Shown here: positions 1 through 8,487 of the stretch, in pieces
Layout: each line of letters begins with the position of its first letter
Position numbering within the stretch: the first letter of the stretch is position 1
DNA from: Thermoanaerobaculia bacterium
GTDB lineage: Bacteria; Acidobacteriota; Thermoanaerobaculia; UBA5066
Length of the DNA stretch: 64,000 nt
Assembly: GCA_963719225.1 (NCBI GenBank)
Contig: CAVRAY010000001.1
Span: 1,824,001-1,888,000, forward strand
Direction of reading: 5' to 3'
Translations under genes and position numbers: made by a program
The notes under the pieces: generated by a model
What the model saw: only the letters and a program-made list of their open reading frames with translations
Database searches by the model: none
What the model was told of the DNA's origin: nothing

Positions 1-618
1 GCCGGGCGCCTCCTCGCGCAGGATTCCCGCCGCCTCCGCGTGCGCCGCCAGCATGTGGTCGAGGGCCAGCCCCGCGGCGCGCGGGTCGGCGAGGCCCGGC
101 GGGATCTGGCCGTCGAGGAACCCTCCGAGGAGGAGGACGAGCGGCTCGTTGAACGTGAGGTACAGCCGCACGAGGGGAGACAGGGCGCGCGCGGTCTCCC
201 GCGCGAAGCGCGCGAAAGCGTCGACCGAGGCCGGCGAGGTCCACGGCGTCTCCGGGTGGAACCACCGGGGATGCGTGTAGTGGTGGAGCGTCACGATCGG
301 CTCGAGGCCCAGGGAGACGAGGCGCTCCACGAAGCGCCGGTAGCGCGCGAGCGCCGAGGCGTCGAAGGCGCCGCGGCTCGGCTCGACGCGGCTCCACGAG
401 ACGGAGAACCGGAAGGCGTTCGCGCCGAGACCGGCGGCGAGGGCCGCGTCCTCCTCATATCGGCTCCACGAATCCGCCGCGCGCCCGCACGCGCCACCCT
501 TCGCGCGGCCGGCGGCCTCCCAGTCCGTCCAGTCGCACGGGTCGCCGCCCTCGACCTGGTAATGGGAGACGGCGACGCCGAAAAGTCGGCGGCGGTCGGG
601 GAACGGGAAGGCGCTCAC
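1..618 (-). CDS. Glycoside hydrolase family 1 (beta-glucosidase-like), 3' end runs off the window
   Basis: Not in the ORF track; translated by hand from GTG at 618: VSAFPFPDRRRLFGVAVSHYQVEGG...AFRFSVSWSRVEP...IVTLHHYTHP...TFNEP. These are the GH1 N-terminal signature and the acid/base NEP motif. Confidence 0.9.
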   Translation of the reverse strand, partial: MSAFPFPDRRRLFGVAVSHYQVEGGDPCDWTDWEAAGRAKGGACGRAADSWSRYEEDAALAAGLGANAFRFSVSWSRVEPSRGAFDASALARYRRFVERLVSLGLEPIVTLHHYTHPRWFHPETPWTSPASVDAFARFARETARALSPLVRLYLTFNEPLVLLLGGFLDGQIPPGLADPRAAGLALDHMLAAHAEAAGILREEAPG

Positions 619-664
619 TTCGCGCCAAGATAACAGGGCTACGATACGGTCGAGACGATCAGGC

Positions 665-2206
665 ATGGCCACGAAGAACATCGCGGCGATCGACGTGGGT
701 TCGAACTCGATCAAGCTCCTCGTCGCGCGGCACGATCCTTCGGACGCCGGCCACTGGTCCGAGGTTCTGCGCGAGAAGGAGATGGTGCGGCTCGGGCAGG
801 AGACGCTCGTCAAGGGATCGCTCTCGGAAGAGGCGATGGCCGACGGGATCGACTGCCTCGTGCGCTACGCGGCTCTCGCGCGCGCCGCGGGGGCCGGCGC
901 GATCACCGCGGTCGCGACGTGCGCGGTCCGTGAGGCCGCGAACGGAGACGAGTTCGTCAAGCGCGTCCGCAAGGAGACCGGGCTCCGCCTCGCGGTGATC
1001 TCCGGCGAGGAGGAGGCGCGCCTCATCACGCGCGCGGTACGCTCGGAGCTCCCGCCCTCGTGCGACCCCCTCCTGGTGCTCGACATCGGCGGCGGGTCGA
1101 CCGAAGTCATCGTGGCGAAAGGCGACCGGATCCTCCTGGCCGAGAGCCTCGATCTCGGGGCCGTGCGGTTGACGGATCTCCACGTCTCGTCGGACCCCCT
1201 CTCGGCCAGGGACGAACGCCGGCTCCGGCGCGCGGTGAGGAGCCGCCTCGAGCGTCTCGAGAAGCCGGTACGCCGCGCGAAGATCAAGACCGCCGTCGGA
1301 ACGTCGGGCACGATCCTCGCAGTCGCCACGATCGCGGCCGAGGTGCGCGGACGTTCGCCGGTCGGCGCGGGCCACCGGGCCCTCGACCGAAAGGACGTGA
1401 CGAGGATCGCGAAGCTTCTCGCGAAGTCGAATGCCAGACAGAAGCTGCACATCCCCGGGCTCGAGGCCGACAGGAGGGACATCGTGACCGCGGGCGCGAT
1501 CCTCCTCGAGGAGCTGCTCGACGCGTTCGACGTGGAATCCCTCCTCGTATCGGACCGCTCGCTCCGCGATGCCCTCGTTCTCGAGGCGCCGGCGGCTGCC
1601 GGGCGCGGGCGCAACGGGGAAGTGAACATCCGGCGTGAATCCGTCGCCCGCCTCGCGAGGCGCACGGGCCTGCCGCGCGTCCACGCCGGGCGCGTCCGGG
1701 ATCTCGCTCTCGCGCTCTTCGACCAGACGCACAGCCTGCACCAGCTCACCGCGCTCGAGCGCGAGTGGCTCGAGCACGCGGCCGTGCTGCACGACATCGG
1801 CCTGTCGGTCGCCTATCCGCGCCATCACCACCACTCCTACTATCTGATCCTGCACGGCGACCTGAAGGGGTTCACACAGGCGGAAGTCGAGCTGATCGCC
1901 CTCGTCGCGCGCTATCACCGCAAAGCCCCTCCGGACGAGGCGCACGAGCCGTTCCGGGCGCTCGACCCGTGGAAAAAGCCCGTCGTCGAGAAGCTCGCGG
2001 CGCTCCTGAGGGTTGCTGATGCCCTCGACCGCACGAATCGCGGCCTCGTCAAGCGCGTTCGTGTGACGTTGCGGGGCAAGCGGGTTCACATCGCCTTGTC
2101 GGCGCGGCAGCCGCTGGACCTCGAGCTTTGGGCGCTGAAGAAGAAAGGCCGGCTTTTCGAGAAGACTTTCGGCGTGGACCTCGTCGCACGGGCGGTTGTC
2201 GGATAA
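665..2206 (+). CDS. ppx: Ppx/GppA exopolyphosphatase with C-terminal HD domain
   Basis: Motifs AAIDVGSNS, ATCAVREAAN, ISGEEEARL and DIGGGSTE, then LHDIG...HHHHSYYLI and LRVADALD. Confidence 0.93.
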   Translation: MATKNIAAIDVGSNSIKLLVARHDPSDAGHWSEVLREKEMVRLGQETLVKGSLSEEAMADGIDCLVRYAALARAAGAGAITAVATCAVREAANGDEFVKRVRKETGLRLAVISGEEEARLITRAVRSELPPSCDPLLVLDIGGGSTEVIVAKGDRILLAESLDLGAVRLTDLHVSSDPLSARDERRLRRAVRSRLERLEKPVRRAKIKTAVGTSGTILAVATIAAEVRGRSPVGAGHRALDRKDVTRIAKLLAKSNARQKLHIPGLEADRRDIVTAGAILLEELLDAFDVESLLVSDRSLRDALVLEAPAAAGRGRNGEVNIRRESVARLARRTGLPRVHAGRVRDLALALFDQTHSLHQLTALEREWLEHAAVLHDIGLSVAYPRHHHHSYYLILHGDLKGFTQAEVELIALVARYHRKAPPDEAHEPFRALDPWKKPVVEKLAALLRVADALDRTNRGLVKRVRVTLRGKRVHIALSARQPLDLELWALKKKGRLFEKTFGVDLVARAVVG

Positions 2207-2213
2207 TCGAGAC

Positions 2214-2852
2214 GTGCTGCCCGCCATCATCGTATTCCTCGCTGCCCAGGCAGCTTCGGCGGCGCCGGCGCCCGCGCCGACGCCGACGCCGACGCCGACT
2301 CCCACCGTGACTCCCGGGACCCCCACGCCGACCCCCTCTCCGACCCCCGTCGCGGCCGCGAATCCCTATCGTCCGCGGGAGCTCTCGTCGATCGCGCGAG
2401 ACCGCCGGCTCGGACGCCTCTCGGGCGCCGGAGCCCCCGTGGTGACGACTGCCGTGCCCGAGACGATCACGTCAGGACCGTCCCCGACGCGCCGACCCGA
2501 GTTGGTGAGGGTGGAGAGCATCCAGGACAATGGCGCCGTGAACGACGGCTTCGTCTCGGTCTACGGCACGGTACGCAACACGGGCCGGGTCGCCGCGTGC
2601 CGCGTGAGGATCTTCCTGAGGCTGTTTGACGAACACGGAGTCCTGCTCTCGACCGGTGAGACGACGACCGATCTCAAGATCGTCGGACCCGGGGAGGCGG
2701 TCACGTTCGGTGGAATCGTCAGGGCCCCCGCGGGCCTGCGCGGCTCGAGGGAACGAAAACGGGATCCGCTCGTCGACGGGACCTCGACGAACTGGAAGCG
2801 CGTGGGCCGCGTCGAGGGCGAAATCACGGGTGTGAGCGAGGAGTGCTCGTGA
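2214..2852 (+). CDS. Secreted Pro/Thr-rich protein with FxLYD-type Ig-like domain
   Basis: Signal-peptide-like N-terminus, (PT)n linker, then VYGTVRNTG...IFLRLFDEHGVLL, which fits the FxLYD pattern. GTG at 2214 preferred over TTG at 2196. Confidence 0.65.
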   Translation: MLPAIIVFLAAQAASAAPAPAPTPTPTPTPTVTPGTPTPTPSPTPVAAANPYRPRELSSIARDRRLGRLSGAGAPVVTTAVPETITSGPSPTRRPELVRVESIQDNGAVNDGFVSVYGTVRNTGRVAACRVRIFLRLFDEHGVLLSTGETTTDLKIVGPGEAVTFGGIVRAPAGLRGSRERKRDPLVDGTSTNWKRVGRVEGEITGVSEECS

Positions 2853-3523
2853 GCAGCGTCGCCACTGCTCTGCTCGTCCTCCTTCAGGTCGCGGCGGCGG
2901 CGCCGAACGCCACGCCCGCGCCGACTCCCACACCGACGCCCACGGCGACTCCGACGCCAGCGACGCGCGGCCTCGTCCGGCCGCGCACGCTGCAGGACGT
3001 CGCGCGGGAGAGGCGACTGAAGACGGGAGCCGACGCGAAAGGTTCACTCTCCACGATCACGCTCGGTCCCGCGCCGGGCTCGACGCCGGGCGCGACTCCC
3101 TCGGCTTCACCCGTCGCGGGCGAGGAGAAGCCGCCGATCGAGGCGCCGACCGCCTCGGACGTGCGAGTCGTGGCCGTCTCGAACGACCGGGTCGTCGATC
3201 CCGCCGGCCTCGTCCGCGTCTCGGGAACGGTCCGCAACGGCGGAGACCAGTCCGTGTGCAGCATCGCGATCCTCGTGAGGATCTTCGACAGCAAGGGCAA
3301 CTACCTCGCTTCCGCCCAGACGACGGCGGACGTGAACATCCTGCCGGCGAAGGAGACGTCGAGCTTCCACGCGAGCGTCCAGGCTCCGCCGGGGGTGCGG
3401 GGCGCACGCGTGGACCCCGACCGCCGCGACGTGACTGACGGAAGCACGACGATGGCGGGCGACTGGACGCTGCTTGGCGGCACCGAGGCGAAGGTCGTGG
3501 ACGCGGCGGCCTGTCCGAAGTGA
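2849..3523 (+). CDS. Secreted Pro/Thr-rich FxLYD-type protein, paralog of the preceding gene
   Basis: Same layout: signal peptide, (PT)n linker, RPRTLQDVARERRL (vs RPRELSSIARDRRL), VSGTVRNGG...VRIFDSKGNYL. GTGA overlap with the upstream stop. Confidence 0.65.
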   Translation: MSSVATALLVLLQVAAAAPNATPAPTPTPTPTATPTPATRGLVRPRTLQDVARERRLKTGADAKGSLSTITLGPAPGSTPGATPSASPVAGEEKPPIEAPTASDVRVVAVSNDRVVDPAGLVRVSGTVRNGGDQSVCSIAILVRIFDSKGNYLASAQTTADVNILPAKETSSFHASVQAPPGVRGARVDPDRRDVTDGSTTMAGDWTLLGGTEAKVVDAAACPK

Positions 3524-3551
3524 CGGCTAGCCCGCTTTCTCAGAAAGTCCC

Positions 3552-4013
3552 CTAGCGCGCGGGCGGCTTGGCCCTCGCGAGCAACTTCTTCGTCTGGATG
3601 TAGCCGCTGAGGATGCGCAGCGTCGCCGCCCGCGTGTTCGGGTTGCGGCTGAAGATGGCGGTCGTGGCTTCCGGACCCACGGCCTTGTTCTGCCAGACGA
3701 AGTCCTCGATGAACTTGTTCGGCTGCTCGGGTTTGCCCCACCCGTCGTAGAGGTCCTTGAGGACGCGGTCGGCCGAGGCGGAAGGCATCTCGATGAAGAC
3801 TTCCGCGAAGCGGTTCCCCCAGAACTCGTAGACGATCTTGTCGAGGGGCGCGCCTGCCCACGTGAGATCGTCGTTCGAGATCCAGCAGAATTTCGCCTCC
3901 GCGTGGTCGTCGAGGATCTCCATCCGGGGCTCCGGCACGTCCCCCCATTTCATGCCCCTGAAACCCGGCTTCATCCCGCCGCTCGCGCCGCTCTTCCCGC
4001 TGAAAAGCCCCAT
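3552..4013 (-). CDS. Hypothetical protein (153 aa)
   Basis: AAGGAGAGG RBS upstream of ATG, genome-like codon usage, and a GFRGMKWG N-terminal motif. Confidence 0.7.
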   Translation of the reverse strand: MGLFSGKSGASGGMKPGFRGMKWGDVPEPRMEILDDHAEAKFCWISNDDLTWAGAPLDKIVYEFWGNRFAEVFIEMPSASADRVLKDLYDGWGKPEQPNKFIEDFVWQNKAVGPEATTAIFSRNPNTRAATLRILSGYIQTKKLLARAKPPAR

Positions 4014-4076
4014 CGCCTCTCCTTATGGATGGAAAAGGATAGCGCGTCCGCCCCGCCGAGGCCCGCCAGACCGCGA

Positions 4077-4334
4077 TCAGGCTCCCGTCTTCAGCGCCGC
4101 ATCGAGGAGGTCCATGTCCACGCGCGGCATCGCTTCGCCTTCCGCGTGGCGTCGGTCGACCTCCGCGCGGACGAGAGGCGCTTTCTCCGGGTGCTGCCTC
4201 AGAGAGTTCACGGCGCCGACCGTGATCGTGTACGTGCCGCAGACGGGACATCGCAACTCGATCTCGGCGGTCGCGCTGCGGGCTCCGAGCGCCGTACCAC
4301 CGCAGAGAAGACAGGCCATGTCCACGATCGACAT
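4077..4334 (-). CDS. Small putative zinc-ribbon protein (85 aa)
   Basis: CLLC and CPVC pairs. Start reset to ATG 4334 because the longer ORF overlaps the tRNA. Confidence 0.6.
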   Translation of the reverse strand: MSIVDMACLLCGGTALGARSATAEIELRCPVCGTYTITVGAVNSLRQHPEKAPLVRAEVDRRHAEGEAMPRVDMDLLDAALKTGA

Positions 4335-4406
4335 GGGACACCCCCGGTGCGGGACCGATTCTCCCTCTTTTCGGGGCGGGAAGAAAAGCGCTGGGAGAAG
4401 AGGAAG

Positions 4407-4483
4407 TGGTACCCCCAGAGGGATTCGAACCCTCGATCTCCACCTTGAAAGGGTGGCGTCCTGGGCCACTAGACGATGGGGGC
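4407..4483 (-). tRNA. tRNA-Glu (anticodon TTC)
   Basis: Acceptor stem GCCCCCA/TGGGGGT followed by ACCA, anticodon arm CCACC-CTTTCAA-GGTGG, T-loop GGTTCGAATCC, encoded CCA. TAGAAT -10-like box upstream. Confidence 0.97.
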
Positions 4484-4524
4484 ACCCGGGGAACCGCGGA
4501 TTCTAGCGGCTTTGGCGCCCCGCG

Positions 4525-4845
4525 TCAGTCCGGCTGGACGAATGCCTGCTCGAATCGCCTGACGACGTCGTCGATCGCCGGCTTCTCGGGCGCCGCCTTC
4601 CGCGAGAAGACCCCCGAGATCTTCTTGAGCGCCGAGGTCTTTTCCTTCGGCTGCGTCGCGCGCGCCTCGATGAGAGCCTGATGCACCTCGCGCACGATGC
4701 GGGGGTGTGGCTCGTGATCCCGGCGCGCCGCGTGTTTCAAGACCTCCGCGTTCGGGATCTTCGAGCTGCCGCTGGCGAGAAGGACGTCGAAGGCCTCGGC
4801 CGACGCCCTCAAACGGAGGCTTCGTTTCGAAGCTGAAATGCCCAT
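4525..4845 (-). CDS. Hypothetical protein (106 aa) between two tRNA genes
   Basis: GGAG RBS upstream of ATG; fills the space between the tRNAs; no recognisable motif. Confidence 0.55.
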   Translation of the reverse strand: MGISASKRSLRLRASAEAFDVLLASGSSKIPNAEVLKHAARRDHEPHPRIVREVHQALIEARATQPKEKTSALKKISGVFSRKAAPEKPAIDDVVRRFEQAFVQPD

Positions 4846-4883
4846 ACGTTGCTCCCCGGAGGAAATCTGCTCACCCGAAAGGC

Positions 4884-4960
4884 TGGTGAGCCGTGCTGGA
4901 CTCGAACCAGCGACCCCCTGCTTAAAAGGCAGGTGCTCTAACCGACTGAGCTAACGGCCC
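4884..4960 (-). tRNA. tRNA-Lys (anticodon TTT)
   Basis: GGGCCGTTAGCTCAG..., anticodon arm CCTGC-CTTTTAA-GCAGG, T-loop GGTTCGAGTCC, ends ACGGCTCACCA. Confidence 0.97.
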
Positions 4961-4993
4961 GCCGGCGGCGGAGTGTAGCAGGGTGATCCTCGA

Positions 4994-7006
4994 TCACGGT
5001 CCCGGCTTGATCCACCGTTGGAACCACTCCAGGTTCCGCCTCATCGCCTCCCGTTGGAGCATGGGCTCGTAATAGAGGTGCGAGCTCCGGGGATAGATGT
5101 CGAACTCGACGGTCTTGCCGAGCGCCTTGAGCGCCCGATAGAACTTCCAGGCGTTCGCGATGGGCACGCGGAGGTCGCGCTCGCCGTGCTGGATGAGGAG
5201 CGGCGTCGTCACGTTCTGGGCGAAGTTCAACGGGGAGTGCGCGAAGTACGACGCGCGGGCTTCCCAGGGCCGTTTGAAGTAGTCCGCCATGGACTCGCCG
5301 GCATCCGAAAGGAAGTACTGGTCCGCGAGATCGCTGATCGACGCGGCGGTCGAGGCGGCCTTGAAGCGCCCGGTCTGCGTGACGATCCAGTCCGTCATGA
5401 AGCCGCCGTACGACGCACCCATCACGCCGAGCCGCTCCGGATCGGCGATCCCCTTGGCGATGAGATCGTCGACGCCCGCCATGATGTCCTTGTAGTCGCC
5501 TTCGCCCCAGGCGTTCACGATCGCGCGTTGTCCGGCCTCTCCGTACCCGGCGCCGCCCCGGGGCATCGGAAAGAGCACCGCGTAGCCCGCGCTCGCCATG
5601 GCCTCGGTCGGGTAGGGATCGACCTGACCCACGGTCTGCATGAACTGCGGAAAGAGGCCGTACGTGACGCCTCCGCCCGGGCCGCCGTGGCAGTACACGA
5701 GTAGAGGCAGCTTTCGACCTGCGGTCCACCCGGGCGGCGTCAAAAGGAGTCCCCAGATCTCCATGCCGTCGAAGGACCTCCAGCGGACGGCCTTCAGCTC
5801 TCCGAGCTCGAGCTCGCGGAGCTCGGGATTGACCTCGGTCAGCTTCGTCGTGCGGCCGCTCTCCGTGTCGATCACGAAGACGTCGCCCATCGTGCGTCCC
5901 TCGACCGCCCGATAGGCGAGGTTCTGCCCGTCGCGGCTGAGGCTCGGGGAGAAATCGACGGCGCCTTTCACGCGCTCGGAGCGGCCGGTCTCGATCCACA
6001 CCCGGACGAGGGGCTGGTCGAACATGCGGTCGGCCTGTGCGAAGGGGCCGTCGTTGGTGAGGAGATAGACGGACCGGCTGTCGCGCGCCCACACGAGGTC
6101 GCCGACCCAGGCGTCCTTCGGGCCCAGCCAGACGGGAGCGGACGTGCCGCGCGCGCTCGCGACGGCGAGGCCGCGCGAAGACGTGAGCTCCGTGCGCCCG
6201 TTCGTCGAGACGAACGCGATGCGTGTTCCATCGGGGGAATACTGGGGCTGCGAGTTCATCCCGGGCCGGTCGACGACGGTCCGCGGCGCACCGCCCGCGA
6301 GAGGAACCGCGTAGAGCCGGCTCGCGTATTGCGCGGCGAATCCGGTCATGGGAGAGGCGGCATAGGCGATCTCCGTCCCGTCCGGTGCCCAGGAGAAGCC
6401 GTCCACGTAATGTCCCGCGGGCGTGAGCGCGCGCGCCGGAGCGTCGTCGAGCGGTTGCAGCCACAGCCTCGTCAACGCGTCGGGCGCGTCGACGTGGATG
6501 ACGAAGGAGCTCTCCTTGCGTCGCCGTTGCTCCTCGGCAGACGCGGGATCGCGCGTCACGTACGCCAGGCTCCTGCCGTCGGGAGCCCAGTCGTAGGCGT
6601 TGACACCCTCCGGCGCCTTCGTCAGGGCATGAGCGTCACCCCCCGACGCGGAGACCGCGAAGACCTGGGGCCTGTCCCCCGCGTAGCCGAGGAAGGAAAC
6701 GCGCTCTCCCTCCGGCGACCAGTGGAGCTTCGGGACCGGCACGCGCGGCGCGAAGATGCGGACTCCTTCCGCGATCCGGCGCGGGGATCCGCCCCGGGAC
6801 GGCACGACGTAGAGGGCCGCTTCGTGCGCGTTCTTCTCGAGCGAGGGAGTCGAGACGACGTAGGCCACACGGCTCCCGTCAGGCGAGATCCTCACGTCCA
6901 TGATCGACCGGAGCTTCATCAGGTCGTCGATCGTCACCTTCGCCGATTCCGCCGCCGCGGCGAGGGAGAGGAGCGCGACGAATCCGACCGCGGCCGCTCT
7001 CTTCAT
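4994..7006 (-). CDS. S9 family (prolyl oligopeptidase/acylaminoacyl peptidase) serine peptidase, secreted
   Basis: Signal peptide, WSPDG beta-propeller repeats, HGGP, nucleophile motif GASYGG, HGERDLRVP and a C-terminal His. Confidence 0.92.
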   Translation of the reverse strand: MKRAAAVGFVALLSLAAAAESAKVTIDDLMKLRSIMDVRISPDGSRVAYVVSTPSLEKNAHEAALYVVPSRGGSPRRIAEGVRIFAPRVPVPKLHWSPEGERVSFLGYAGDRPQVFAVSASGGDAHALTKAPEGVNAYDWAPDGRSLAYVTRDPASAEEQRRRKESSFVIHVDAPDALTRLWLQPLDDAPARALTPAGHYVDGFSWAPDGTEIAYAASPMTGFAAQYASRLYAVPLAGGAPRTVVDRPGMNSQPQYSPDGTRIAFVSTNGRTELTSSRGLAVASARGTSAPVWLGPKDAWVGDLVWARDSRSVYLLTNDGPFAQADRMFDQPLVRVWIETGRSERVKGAVDFSPSLSRDGQNLAYRAVEGRTMGDVFVIDTESGRTTKLTEVNPELRELELGELKAVRWRSFDGMEIWGLLLTPPGWTAGRKLPLLVYCHGGPGGGVTYGLFPQFMQTVGQVDPYPTEAMASAGYAVLFPMPRGGAGYGEAGQRAIVNAWGEGDYKDIMAGVDDLIAKGIADPERLGVMGASYGGFMTDWIVTQTGRFKAASTAASISDLADQYFLSDAGESMADYFKRPWEARASYFAHSPLNFAQNVTTPLLIQHGERDLRVPIANAWKFYRALKALGKTVEFDIYPRSSHLYYEPMLQREAMRRNLEWFQRWIKPGP

Positions 7007-7015
7007 TCGCGCAGG

Positions 7016-8350
7016 TCAGCCGACCAGGCTGGGCTTGAGCCACGTGTCGAGAGCCGTGCCCGGGCGGACGATGGTCTCCTCGCGCTTCGCTCCCGTGGAA
7101 AGGAGCGCGACGCGGGCACCGACGATCTCCTCGAGCGCCGAGACGTATTCGCGCGCACGCGCGGGCAGCGCGTCCCAGCTCTCGATGCCGGCGATGGACG
7201 TCTTCCAGCCCGGAAACGTGAGGTACTCCGGCTTCGCGCGCTCGTAGAGGTCGGCGCGCGCGGGGACGGCGGACACGGGTTTTCCGTCGATCGTGTAGCC
7301 GGTGGCGATACGGACCTCGTCGTGATCGTCGAGGACGTCGAGCTTCGTGAGAGCGATCGCGTCCAGTCCCGACACGCGCACGGCCGTCCGTGCGACGACC
7401 GCATCGAACCAGCCCACGCGCCGCGGCCGGCCGGTGACGGTGCCGAACTCGTTTCCGCGGGTCCGGATCCTCTCGCCGATCTCGTCGTTCAGCTCGGTCG
7501 GAAACGGGCCCGAGCCGACGCGCGTCGTGTACGCCTTCATGACGGCCACGACCGCGCCGAGCGCCGACGGCGGGAGCCCGAGACCCGCGCACGCGCCGCC
7601 CGGCGCGCAGGACGAGGACGTGACGAAGGGATAGGTTCCGTGGTCCACGTCGAGCATGATTCCCTGCGCGCCCTCGCAAAGGAGCTTCTTGCCCTTCGTG
7701 AGCTCGCCGTGGAGAAAGACCGACGTGTCGGTGACGAACGGCGCGAGCTTCCGGCCGCACTCGATGTACGTCTCGAGAGTCTCGTCGATCGGAGCGCCGT
7801 CGACGCCGTAGAAGTGCTTGAGCACGGCGTCGTGATGGGCGACGAGCGGCCGCGCGATCGCGGAGAACCGGTCCGGGTCCACGAGGTCGGCGATGCGAAG
7901 TCCGGTGCGGTTCGCCTTCGACTCGTACGCCGGACCGATCCCGCGCGAGGTCGTGCCGATGTTCGCGCCGCCGAGCGCCTTCTCGCGCGCCCCGTCGAGG
8001 AGCGCGTGCGTCGGCAGGATGACGTGAGCGCGGTCGGAAAGGCGAAGGTTGTCGCCGACCGTGACGCCGGCCGCGCGGAGCGAGTCGATCTCGGCGAGAA
8101 GGGCGCGCGGGTCCACGACGAGACCGTTGCCGATCACGTTCATGACGCCCGCGCGGCAGATGCCCGACGGGACGAGCCGCAGCGCGAAGTGCTTGTCCTT
8201 GAACTTGACCGTGTGGCCGGCATTGTGGCCGCCCTGGTAGCGGGCGACGAGGTCGAACGACGGGGAAATGAGATCGACGACCTTGCCTTTGCCTTCGTCG
8301 CCCCACTGTCCGCCAATGACGGCGAGAGCCGAGCCCTTTATGTGTATCAC
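7016..8350 (-). CDS. purA: Adenylosuccinate synthetase
   Basis: QWGDEGKGK, GGHNAGHT, EGAQG...GTYPFVTSS, EFGTVTGRPRRVGWFD and TKLDVL. Confidence 0.98.
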   Translation of the reverse strand: MIHIKGSALAVIGGQWGDEGKGKVVDLISPSFDLVARYQGGHNAGHTVKFKDKHFALRLVPSGICRAGVMNVIGNGLVVDPRALLAEIDSLRAAGVTVGDNLRLSDRAHVILPTHALLDGAREKALGGANIGTTSRGIGPAYESKANRTGLRIADLVDPDRFSAIARPLVAHHDAVLKHFYGVDGAPIDETLETYIECGRKLAPFVTDTSVFLHGELTKGKKLLCEGAQGIMLDVDHGTYPFVTSSSCAPGGACAGLGLPPSALGAVVAVMKAYTTRVGSGPFPTELNDEIGERIRTRGNEFGTVTGRPRRVGWFDAVVARTAVRVSGLDAIALTKLDVLDDHDEVRIATGYTIDGKPVSAVPARADLYERAKPEYLTFPGWKTSIAGIESWDALPARAREYVSALEEIVGARVALLSTGAKREETIVRPGTALDTWLKPSLVG

Positions 8351-8364
8351 TTTTGGATTGTACC

Positions 8365-8425
8365 GGAGGAGAAGAGAAATTATCTGTTTCGGAGGGGAGA
8401 AGAGAAGATTTCTTAGAAGGGCGAG
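8365..8425 (+). repeat. Cluster A of the dispersed AGATTTCTTAGAAGG-type motif (2 copies)
   Basis: TATCTGTTTCGGAGGGGAGAAGAG at ~8381-8404 and AGATTTCTTAGAAGG at 8406-8420, in the divergent purA/hutH region. Confidence 0.7.
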
Positions 8426-8487
8426 TGTTGGCGAAGCGATGGTGGCGCCGGGGCGGTGACTCGGGGCCGATGCGAGAATGAAGCATC

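Noticed and set aside
40-633. 197-aa plus-strand ORF
   Set aside because: It is the antisense shadow of the GH1 gene, which has clear family motifs on the minus strand.
2260-2960. CCGACG-type short tandem repeats
   Set aside because: They encode Pro-Thr linkers; they are not a CRISPR array or an independent repeat element.
3533-3550. CTTTCTCAGAAAG palindrome as another motif copy
   Set aside because: It shares only the TTC-N3-GAA core without the purine flanks; too short to support.
3301-4960. Prophage or integrative element at the tRNA genes
   Set aside because: No integrase and no duplicated tRNA 3' end were seen in the window. ORFs overlapping the tRNAs are spurious or over-extended.
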